DNA of 21,952 bases from Thermoplasmata archaeon (GTDB lineage Archaea; Thermoplasmatota; Thermoplasmata; Lutacidiplasmatales; UBA184): NCBI GenBank assembly GCA_028864975.1, contig JAGWLG010000043.1, positions 1 through 21,952 on the forward strand, given 5' to 3'. This document shows, in pieces, positions 6,607 to 13,764 of the stretch. The notes beneath the pieces are model-generated. The model saw nothing but the letters and a program-made list of their open reading frames with translations. It did no database searches and had not been told where the DNA came from. The position numbers and the translations under genes were made by a program. Numbering within the stretch: the first letter of the stretch is position 1; each line of letters opens with the position of its first letter.

Positions 6607-8829
6607 TCAGCGGTAGATGACCTCTTCCGCGCTCTCGCGCCGCTGCGCGACCCTGACCGAGGAGATCGACCGCGCGAACTGTTCGTAGAACTTGAGCGTC
6701 TCCTTGTCTACGCTGGCATGTGCGTTCTGGAGCGCGAGGTCGAAATGACGCGCGGTGACCTTCTTCGCTGCCTGGCTCTCCCGCAAGGCCTGCAGTCCCG
6801 CCTCCCGGCAGATCGAGGCAAGGTCGCTCCCGACGAAACCGTCGGTGCGGGCCGCGAGCTCGTTCAGGTCGACGCCTTCCAGCGGCATCTTGTTCGTGTG
6901 GACCTTCAGGATGGAGAGCCGGGCAGCGAGGTCAGGCGGGGCGACGTAGAGCAATCGGTCGAAGCGCCCCGTACGGAGCAGCGCCTCGTCGATGATGTCC
7001 GGGCGGTTCGTCGCGGCGAGGACCACGACGCGCTCGAGGGTCTCGAGCCCGTCGATCGAGGTCAAGAGCTGGTTCACGATCCGCTCGGTGACCCCGCTCG
7101 AGTTCTGCAACCCCCGCTTCGGGGCGATGGCATCGAGCTCGTCGATGAAGACGATGGCCGGCGAGGCCTGACGGGCCTTCTTGAAGATCACCCGGATGGC
7201 CTTCTCGCTCTCGCCGACCCACTTGCTCATCACCTCGGGTCCCTTGACCGAGACGAAGTTCGCCTGGCTCTCCGTCGCCACGGCCTTCGCCAGGAGCGTC
7301 TTCCCCACTCCCGGGGGGCCGAAGAGGAGGATGCCCCGGGGCGGGTCGATCCCCAGGTTCTTGAACGCGTTCGGGTTCTTGAACGGGAGTTCCACCGACT
7401 CCCGCATGTCGTCCTTGACCCGCTCGAGCCCTCCCACCTCGTCCCAGTGGACCGAGGGCACCTCGATGGCCACGTCCCGGAGCGAGGAGGGCTCGATCTG
7501 CTTCAACGCCTCGCGGAAGTCGGCAGGGGTGACCTTCATCCGCTCGAGGAGCGAGACGCTGATGGGACGGTCGAAGTCGATCTCCGGTAGATAGCGACGG
7601 AGCGCGCGCATCGCCGCCTCGCGGGCCAGAGCCGCCAGGTCCGCGCCCACGAAACCGTGGGTGAGCCCTGCGAGCTCCTCCTGGAGCTTCTCCCGCTCCT
7701 TGTCGCTGCCTTCGATAGGCATCCCTCGAGTGTGGATCTGAAGGATCTCCCGTCGCCCTTCCACCGTCGGGACCCCGATCTCGATTTCCCGGTCGAAGCG
7801 TCCGGGGCGGCGCAGAGCGGGATCGATCGCCTCCTCCCGGTTCGTTGCGGCAATGACGATCACGTTCCCGCGGCCGGAAAGGCCGTCCATGAGCGTCAAG
7901 AGCTGGGCGACCACGCGTCGCTCCACCTCGCCCACGACCTCGTCGCGTCGGGGGGCGATCGAGTCGAGCTCGTCGATGAAGATCACCGAGGGGGCGTGCT
8001 TCTCCGCCTCCTCGAACTTCTCCCGGAGCTCCTTCTCGCTCTCCCCGTAATACTTGGAGATGATCTCGGGGCCGGCGATGGAGATGAAGTGGGCCCCCGC
8101 CTCGCTCGCGACGGCCTTGGCGATGAGGGTCTTCCCGGTCCCCGGGGGACCGTAGAGCAGCACTCCCTTCGGGGGGGAGATGGCGAGGCGGTCGAAGAGC
8201 TCGGGGTGCTTGAGCGGGAGCTCGATCATCTCCCGCACGCGCGAGAGCTTCTCCCGCAGACCGCCGATGTCCTCGTAGGAGACCCGGGGGGCGGTGATCT
8301 CCGCCTCGTTGACGGTCTCCTCGCGGATGGTGACGAGGGTGTTGGGTCCGACGACGACGATCCCCTTCGGGGTCGTCGAGATGACGAGGAAGAGGAGGGA
8401 GCCTCCCATCAGGAAGACCCCGGGAACGACGAAGGCGTCCCCTCGGACGAAGGGGCGGCGGGAGAGGGCCTTCGCCACGAAGGCCTCGAGCCCCGGCCCC
8501 AGGTCCATCTTGGGAGCGCCGGAGTAGATGGGGGCGATCGTGATGGCCTCCGACGTGGGGGCCTCCACCCGGCCCACTTCCACACGGTCGCCGATGGACA
8601 CGCGAGCGTTCCGTCGGATGACCGCCTCGAGCCGGATGACGTTCTTCCCCTCGTCCTCGGGGGAGGCCTTCTGGACCACGGCGGCGGTCGTCTTGCGCCC
8701 CCGTACCTCGACGATGTCACCCACGGCCACCTTGAGCCGTTGACGTGTCGTGGAGTCCAGACGGGCGACGCCGAACCCCACGTCGTTCTGCGTGGCCTCC
8801 ATGACCTTGAGGTTCACGGTGTCGGCCAT
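6607..8829 (-). CDS. cdc48: Cdc48/VAT family AAA+ ATPase (N-D1-D2), 740 aa
   Basis: Double-psi-barrel N domain. D1 has [20 protein letters not shown] and [12 protein letters not shown]2 has [20 protein letters not shown] and [11 protein letters not shown]-terminus ...EEVIYR. A CTTATC box lies at 8860->8855. Confidence 0.97.
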   Translation of the reverse strand: MADTVNLKVMEATQNDVGFGVARLDSTTRQRLKVAVGDIVEVRGRKTTAAVVQKASPEDEGKNVIRLEAVIRRNARVSIGDRVEVGRVEAPTSEAITIAPIYSGAPKMDLGPGLEAFVAKALSRRPFVRGDAFVVPGVFLMGGSLLFLVISTTPKGIVVVGPNTLVTIREETVNEAEITAPRVSYEDIGGLREKLSRVREMIELPLKHPELFDRLAISPPKGVLLYGPPGTGKTLIAKAVASEAGAHFISIAGPEIISKYYGESEKELREKFEEAEKHAPSVIFIDELDSIAPRRDEVVGEVERRVVAQLLTLMDGLSGRGNVIVIAATNREEAIDPALRRPGRFDREIEIGVPTVEGRREILQIHTRGMPIEGSDKEREKLQEELAGLTHGFVGADLAALAREAAMRALRRYLPEIDFDRPISVSLLERMKVTPADFREALKQIEPSSLRDVAIEVPSVHWDEVGGLERVKDDMRESVELPFKNPNAFKNLGIDPPRGILLFGPPGVGKTLLAKAVATESQANFVSVKGPEVMSKWVGESEKAIRVIFKKARQASPAIVFIDELDAIAPKRGLQNSSGVTERIVNQLLTSIDGLETLERVVVLAATNRPDIIDEALLRTGRFDRLLYVAPPDLAARLSILKVHTNKMPLEGVDLNELAARTDGFVGSDLASICREAGLQALRESQAAKKVTARHFDLALQNAHASVDKETLKFYEQFARSISSVRVAQRRESAEEVIYR

Positions 8830-8959
8830 CGCTTCAGGACGAGGCGCACCGTTGGATAAGAGTGACGTTCTTCTTGCACCACGTGGGGGCGGAGGCCACG
8901 GCCCCTCCCGTTGCGACTCGAGGTCCCCGTTTCATAACCCGCTGACCGGTCCTCTTCTC

Positions 8960-10063
8960 GTGCCTCACTCTCCCGGCGGTTCGTCGTTCCTCCGCCGGCT
9001 CTTCACGACCGCCGGCTGGTCCGTGGAAGAGGTCCCAGGAGGATGGTCGGCCCACGCGAGGTCCGAGAGCACAACGGTCCTGGCCTACCTCGAGGGTGGC
9101 CTGCCGGCCGGCTTCCAGCGATACTTCCCTTCCGAGGCCCAGAGGATCCTGGTCCTCTTTGGCCATGTGCCCGAGCCCCATGACCGGGACCGCGTGGAAC
9201 TGACCGGCGCGCACGTGGTCCTCCCCGATGACGTCCCGGGAACGGTCTTGGCGCTGCTGCATCTCCGTCCCGAGTCGTCCCCGCGGCCAGGGTCGGGGGG
9301 CCCCCCAGGTGGACCCTCCCCGGAGCCGAGCCTGACCACGCGCGCGGAGGAGCCCCCCACCTCGGCGACCCCCAGACCAGGCGGGGGATCGGCGCCTCCC
9401 GCTCCTCCCCCCCTCCCCCCACCGCCCTCGCTGCGCTCCTCGCGGAGGACGGCTTCGTTGCGCTCGGAGGTCTCCTCCTCGTCGCTCCCTTCAGAACCCC
9501 CCTCGCCCTTCCCCCCCGTCCTCTTCGAGACGGACCGCATCGTGCGCCCACGTCTCCAAGCGGAGGACATCCACCAGATGGCCACCCAGCGGTGGCGAGG
9601 GGGGGTCCCACGCATGGTCCTGGTGCCGTTCCATCTCTTCGCCTATTCGATCCCTGAGGACGAGGGAGCCACGTCCTCCCCCCCTCGGCTGGTCGCGGCC
9701 CCCCTCGTGGGAGGACTCCCCCAGTTCTGGCCGACCGGGGAGCGCGAGATCGTGAGCGCGCTCCACGTCACCCACCGAAGGGCGAGCCCGCGCCTTTCGC
9801 CGGAGGCCGCGCGGCGCTCGGCCGAAGAGGCGGTCCGCGAGCGACACGCAAGGACCGAGGAGCGGGCGGAGAAGGTCCGTGGCTACCTCCTTATCGAGCA
9901 CATCCAGAGGCCCCTGGAGGGCCGGGAGGTCCATCTCGGGCCTCCGGCCCTGGTGTGGGTCCCTCATTGGGTCGTAGAAGCCTGGAACGGCCGCGAGGTG
10001 ATCGATGCCGTCTCGGGACTCGCCGTGGAGCTCCCGCTCGACCCGGGGGAGGTCGGGGAGTAG
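8960..10063 (+). CDS. Uncharacterised protein: N-terminal alpha/beta domain, long Pro/Ser linker, two tandem related C-terminal modules (367 aa)
   Basis: GTG 8960 lies 23-30 nt downstream of TTTCATAA (8930-8937). The ORF-track start at 8750 overlaps cdc48 and is rejected. Coding-like composition outside the linker. No family name can be given confidently. Confidence 0.75.
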   Translation: MPHSPGGSSFLRRLFTTAGWSVEEVPGGWSAHARSESTTVLAYLEGGLPAGFQRYFPSEAQRILVLFGHVPEPHDRDRVELTGAHVVLPDDVPGTVLALLHLRPESSPRPGSGGPPGGPSPEPSLTTRAEEPPTSATPRPGGGSAPPAPPPLPPPPSLRSSRRTASLRSEVSSSSLPSEPPSPFPPVLFETDRIVRPRLQAEDIHQMATQRWRGGVPRMVLVPFHLFAYSIPEDEGATSSPPRLVAAPLVGGLPQFWPTGEREIVSALHVTHRRASPRLSPEAARRSAEEAVRERHARTEERAEKVRGYLLIEHIQRPLEGREVHLGPPALVWVPHWVVEAWNGREVIDAVSGLAVELPLDPGEVGE

Positions 10064-10119
10064 GTGGCTCGCGAGCCTTTGACCCTCGCCGTTTTCCGCC
10101 CTCGCACCCTCGCCACTTC

Positions 10120-10731
10120 GTGCTCCTCAAGCAGTTCCGCATCGGTCCTCTCGAGAACTTCACCTACCTTGTCGCCGCGGGTGAGGGAGGCGAAGGGGTG
10201 GTCATCGACCCGTCCTTCGGGGTCGACCCCGTGCTCGAGGAGATCGACCGACTACGGGTCAAGGTCCGCTACATCCTGAACACGCACGCCCATCCCGACC
10301 ACGTCGCGGGCAACGACGATGTGCGGGCCAGGACGGGCGCGAAGGTCGGGGCTCACAAGGCCGCCGAGCTCGACCAGGACCTCTCCTTCTCCGACGGGGA
10401 CGAGCTCACCGTCGGGGGCATTCCCTTCAAGGTCCTCCACACCCCCGGTCACACCCCCTGCAGCGTGCTCTACCTGTTCGAAGGGAACGTCGCGACCGGC
10501 GACACCCTCTTCGTGGGGGAGTGCGGTCGGACCGACCTCCCGGGAGGGAGCAACGAGCAGCTCTACGACAGCCTCTTCGGGAAGGTCCTGAAGCTCGAGG
10601 ACGCGACCGTCGTCCTTCCGGGACACGACTACGGGCGGACCCCGAGCTCCACGATCGGGTTCGAGCGGCTCAACAACTACGTCCTGAAGCCTCGGACGAA
10701 GGCCGAGTTCGTCCGCTTCATGCGTTCGTGA
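10120..10731 (+). CDS. Metallo-beta-lactamase fold hydrolase (glyoxalase II / persulfide dioxygenase-like), 203 aa
   Basis: ENFTYLV, VVIDP, THAHPDHVAG (HxHxDH), HTPGHT, TGDTLF..CGRTD, LPGHDY. GTG 10120 is chosen over the ORF-track start that overlaps the upstream gene. Confidence 0.92.
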   Translation: MLLKQFRIGPLENFTYLVAAGEGGEGVVIDPSFGVDPVLEEIDRLRVKVRYILNTHAHPDHVAGNDDVRARTGAKVGAHKAAELDQDLSFSDGDELTVGGIPFKVLHTPGHTPCSVLYLFEGNVATGDTLFVGECGRTDLPGGSNEQLYDSLFGKVLKLEDATVVLPGHDYGRTPSSTIGFERLNNYVLKPRTKAEFVRFMRS

Positions 10732-10762
10732 CGCGGGCGACCCCAGCGGAGAGGAGTCGACC

Positions 10763-11338
10763 ATGATCACCTCGCCACCGTTGATCCCTCCACCCCATGT
10801 GGCGGTGGGCGCGCGTCGCTCCCGCTCTGACCGACGGAGCGCTGAGGAGGTCCGCAAGGCGCTCCAGGTCGCGGTGCAGCGATTCCGCCCCGACCCCCAG
10901 GCGTTGACCCAGCTCGTCGACGCCCGGGCCGTGGCGGGCGCGAGGCATGTGGCTTCCGCTCTCGCCCGCGCGGCTCGGGCCCGGGCACGGGGGCGTGGCC
11001 ATCTGTCGGACGCAGGGGCAGAGTTCCTGCTCTACCTCGCGGGCTCCGACCAGTTCCCCGAGGCCGTTGCACGCGCAGGGGTCCAGCAGGACACCCGGGA
11101 GGTGGTGCTGGTCCTCTCGCCCCCAGGTGACCTTCACGGGCTCCTGGTCCGCACCGAGCTGGAGGAGGACCACAAGGTCTACCCTCGGCCTCCCACGGCC
11201 GAGGTCCTCGAACGCCTGGGCATCGACCCGGAGGCGAGGGGCCCCGTCCCCGAATCCTCGTGGGAGCTTCTGGCGATGGAGGCGGGGGCGCTCGTGGACC
11301 TTCCTCGGGGCGGGGGTTCCCGGCGGGGCAAGAGTTAA
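10763..11338 (+). CDS. cgi121: KEOPS complex subunit Cgi121 (191 aa)
   Basis: QLVDARAVAGARHVASALARA...EFLLYLAGSDQFPEAVARAGV fits the Cgi121 pattern (Q..DA..V.G..H...A...A; E.LLY.AG..Q...A...G). SD-like GGAGAGGAG upstream. Confidence 0.8.
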   Translation: MITSPPLIPPPHVAVGARRSRSDRRSAEEVRKALQVAVQRFRPDPQALTQLVDARAVAGARHVASALARAARARARGRGHLSDAGAEFLLYLAGSDQFPEAVARAGVQQDTREVVLVLSPPGDLHGLLVRTELEEDHKVYPRPPTAEVLERLGIDPEARGPVPESSWELLAMEAGALVDLPRGGGSRRGKS

Positions 11339-11377
11339 CCACGAGCCCCCTGTGGGCACGCGCGCCGGGGACGGCAC

Positions 11378-11478
11378 GCAGGCGTGGTCCAGTGGTAAGA
11401 CCTCAGCCCTCCAAGCTGAAGATCCGGGTTCGATACGTCCGCTCACCTCGAACGGACGCGGAACTCCCGGCGCCTGCA
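11378..11478 (+). tRNA. trnG: tRNA-Gly(TCC) with a 30-nt T-loop intron (11435-11464); CCA not encoded
   Basis: Acceptor GCAGGCG/CGCCTGC with discriminator A. D arm GTCC-AGTGGTA-AGAC. Anticodon arm TCAGC-CCTCCAA-GCTGA. T stem CCGGG/CCCGG, interrupted by an insertion that forms a strict BHB. A GTTAAC box lies at 11334-11339. Confidence 0.9.
11435..11464 (+). other. Archaeal tRNA intron at position 59/60 (bulge-helix-bulge)
   Basis: The 5' strand reads CCGGG|TTCG|ATA|CGTCCG and the 3' strand CGGACG|CGGA|ACT|CCCGG. This gives a 4-bp central helix with two 3-nt bulges. Cutting after the 2nd nt of each bulge restores the T-loop TTCGATT. Confidence 0.88.
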
Positions 11479-11524
11479 TGCCCCTCCCGGCGTTCGGCCG
11501 CAACTTGAAACGCCGGGTGGGTGC

Positions 11525-12490
11525 GTGACCCCTAGCATGCGACCTTCGCCGGTCCCCGCGAGCCTGTGGGCGGAGTTCCGGCAGGACATGGTGCAGGCCC
11601 ACCCCGAGGGGGGAGCGAGAGAGGTCAAAGGGACGCGGGCCGAGCTCGGTCGGGGGAGGCTACGGACGCAGCTCCTCGCGTCTTCCGAGGGGACGCCATG
11701 CGGCTTCGCCCTCTATCGCCCCCTTCGCTACGGAGCGCGGCAGGTCGAGACGTTCTACCTTCTCCGGACCTTTCGCTCCCCTCGCGCTCTCGCGGCCGAG
11801 CTGCGTCGGTTCCTTGCCGCATCGCGAGTCGCCACCCTCCGGGTGGACCCGCTGGTAGCCTCGCCCGCCGCGTTGACCGGGATCCTCCGGCCCTTGGGTT
11901 TCGAGAGGTTCGTTCGCCGCCGGCTCTTCATCGACCCCCGGCGCGTGAGAGGTCCCCTCCATCTCCCAACGGGTTTTGGGGTCCGGGCCCTGTGTCGCAA
12001 GGACCTGGAGGTCCTGCCCGGGCTCTGGGCCCGTGCGTACGCCCGCCACCTCGACGAGGCGTTCGTCCCCGGAGGGAGTTCTCGGGCCTTCTCCCGGTGG
12101 TATGTCCGGTTCATCTTTGAGAGGAAGCAGCCCCGGCTCGACCTCTCCTGCTCCTTCGTGATCGAGCGACGTGGTCGGCTCATCGGTGATGTGCTCACCA
12201 CACGAGATGCACGCGCGTCGTACATCCAGGATGTGGCGGTCGACCCCGCGTACCGTCAACGAGGGTTTGGCTCCGTCCTCCTACGCACCGCCCTCTCCAC
12301 CTTGGCCTCACGGGGGGAGCGTCGCGTAGAGATCGGCGTCACCGTGCAGAACCCCACAGGCGCCTACGCGATCTATCGACATCTGGGATTCCATCAGGTG
12401 ACGGGCCGGAAGCGCGACGCGGGACTCTGGGTCAACGCAAGGGAAAGAGGGCGACTCGGGTGGAGGGCGCTCAGGTCTCGCCGCCCTTGA
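11525..12490 (+). CDS. Tandem GNAT family acetyltransferase (degenerate N-terminal GNAT plus intact C-terminal GNAT), 321 aa
   Basis: C-terminal IQDVAVDPAYRQRGFGSVLL and V..QNPTGAYAIYRHLGF. The N-terminal half has GFALY...VETFYL and LRPLGFERF, resembling a second GNAT fold. The start may be ATG 11537. Confidence 0.85.
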   Translation: MTPSMRPSPVPASLWAEFRQDMVQAHPEGGAREVKGTRAELGRGRLRTQLLASSEGTPCGFALYRPLRYGARQVETFYLLRTFRSPRALAAELRRFLAASRVATLRVDPLVASPAALTGILRPLGFERFVRRRLFIDPRRVRGPLHLPTGFGVRALCRKDLEVLPGLWARAYARHLDEAFVPGGSSRAFSRWYVRFIFERKQPRLDLSCSFVIERRGRLIGDVLTTRDARASYIQDVAVDPAYRQRGFGSVLLRTALSTLASRGERRVEIGVTVQNPTGAYAIYRHLGFHQVTGRKRDAGLWVNARERGRLGWRALRSRRP

Positions 12491-12571
12491 CGTCCGACCG
12501 GCGCCCGAACCCCGGAGCCCTCCGTGCTCGGAAGGTGCGGTCTTTTCCGTCAACGGGTCTCCGCGCCTCGC

Positions 12572-12654
12572 GCTGAGGTAGCCTAGCCCGGTAAGGCGCC
12601 GGCCTTGAAAGCCGGTGGGGCAACCCCTCGGGAGTTCAAATCTCCCCCTCAGCG
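12572..12654 (+). tRNA. trnS: tRNA-Ser(TGA), long variable arm, no intron
   Basis: Acceptor GCTGAGG/CCTCAGC with discriminator G. Anticodon arm CCGGC-CTTGAAA-GCCGG, variable arm GGGGCAACCCC, T arm GGGAG-TTCAAAT-CTCCC. Confidence 0.96.
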
Positions 12655-12671
12655 CCTCTTGACAGCGTCGG

Positions 12672-12677
12672 CTTAAT
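12672..12677 (+). promoter_or_regulatory. Putative TATA box (CTTAAT)
   Basis: Lies 24-29 nt upstream of GTG 12701, the spacing expected for a leaderless or near-leaderless transcript. Confidence 0.6.
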
Positions 12678-12700
12678 CCCCGTCGACCCTCCGGTCTCCC

Positions 12701-13123
12701 GTGCCGACCTGCCTCTTCTTCTGCCCCGACCACGCCTTGAGCTCCCGGCTCGCGGAGGCGCTCTTCAACGCTCAATCCCCCCGGGGCTGGCGCGCGACTT
12801 CTGCAGGGATCGCGCCTGCTGCCACGGCCGACCCTCGGGCGGAGGCCGTGCTCGGGACCTTGGGCTATCGGGTCCCTGACGGCGGCACGCGAGCCGTGGA
12901 GAAGGACCTGGTGAGTTTCATGCGCGTGGTCGTGGCCGTGGGGGTCCCGGCCGACACCGCCCTGCCGGACTGGCTCGTACCGAAGGTCGACCGTCGTCTC
13001 GAGATCGACGACCCCCGCGCCCTGACGGCGGAGCAGCTCCAGGACTGGATGGCCCGCCTCAACGAGAAGCTCGAGGACGTGCTCGCCCTCTGCCGCGAGA
13101 GGACCCCGCGTCCCTTCGGGTGA
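12701..13123 (+). CDS. Low-molecular-weight protein-tyrosine-phosphatase / ArsC-like protein with a degenerate P-loop (140 aa)
   Basis: LFFCPDHALSSRLAEALF, ATSAGIAP, DPRAEAVL, and IDDP follow the LMW-PTP fold pattern (LFVCxxNxCRSxMAE..SAG..P..DP). The Arg of CX5R is replaced by Ser. Confidence 0.8.
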   Translation: MPTCLFFCPDHALSSRLAEALFNAQSPRGWRATSAGIAPAATADPRAEAVLGTLGYRVPDGGTRAVEKDLVSFMRVVVAVGVPADTALPDWLVPKVDRRLEIDDPRALTAEQLQDWMARLNEKLEDVLALCRERTPRPFG

Positions 13124-13691
13124 TCCGCACCGGCCGCACCGGGGTACGAGCCTCATGACGTGAACGGGAGGGTGGTCGCCTCGCCCTTACCCAGTCCTTC
13201 CGGAAGGCGGTGGAGGACGGAAGCCGAGAGAACCATCGGACCTCGCTGATCTCCTCGGGGACCCTCGACCGTGGCACCCCAGCGTGCCATCGGGCGACGT
13301 ACTGAAGGAAGTCCCAGCGGAGGGACCCTCCGCGCGGGCCATGCACGACCTCATGGAAGACCTTCCACAGAGCCAGGTCCCGTATCCGGACCCCCGTCTC
13401 CTCCCACACCTCGCGTCGGGACGCGGCCCGAGGGGTCTCGCCCCGTTCGCCCCCTCCTCCCGGGACGACCCACCCCCGGGTCCAAGCTTTCTTGGGGTTC
13501 ATGCGCACGAGCAGGACGCGCCCCTTCGCGTCCTCGATGAGGACCGCGACGCCAAAGGCCCCGGGCCGGCGCCGACGCGCCGCGCTCCGGAACGCCCCCT
13601 CCGACACCGTCCGGTGGCGAAAGATCCGTACGGCCCCCGGGGAACGGCAGAGTTCTCGCAGCACCGCGGGCGACGTCCCATCGGATGCCAC
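13059..13691 (-). CDS. Nudix hydrolase (210 aa, including an Arg-rich C-terminal run-on)
   Basis: Complete Nudix box GGGGERGETPRAASRREVWEETGV (GX5EX7REUXEEXGU), preceded by GVAVLIEDAKGRVLLVR and WVVPGG. GTG 13691 has CTTAAT at 13719->13714. Confidence 0.9.
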   Translation of the reverse strand: MASDGTSPAVLRELCRSPGAVRIFRHRTVSEGAFRSAARRRRPGAFGVAVLIEDAKGRVLLVRMNPKKAWTRGWVVPGGGGERGETPRAASRREVWEETGVRIRDLALWKVFHEVVHGPRGGSLRWDFLQYVARWHAGVPRSRVPEEISEVRWFSRLPSSTAFRKDWVRARRPPSRSRHEARTPVRPVRITRRDAGSSRGRGRARPRASR

Positions 13692-13713
13692 GGGGGCCCG
13701 ACCTTCCCTCCGT

Positions 13714-13719
13714 ATTAAG
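13714..13719 (-). promoter_or_regulatory. Putative TATA box (CTTAAT) of the Nudix gene
   Basis: Lies 23-28 nt upstream of GTG 13691, in the gap between the GT2 stop and the Nudix start. Confidence 0.6.
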
Positions 13720-13764
13720 GGGGGAGCGAGGTGGCGGACGTGCCACGGCGGGACCGATCCCCAT

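Noticed and set aside
233-10119. ORF-track upstream starts (233, 898, 1256, 6572, 8750, 9955)
   Set aside because: The extensions overlap neighbouring genes or promoters and look non-coding. The downstream starts have SD or TATA support.
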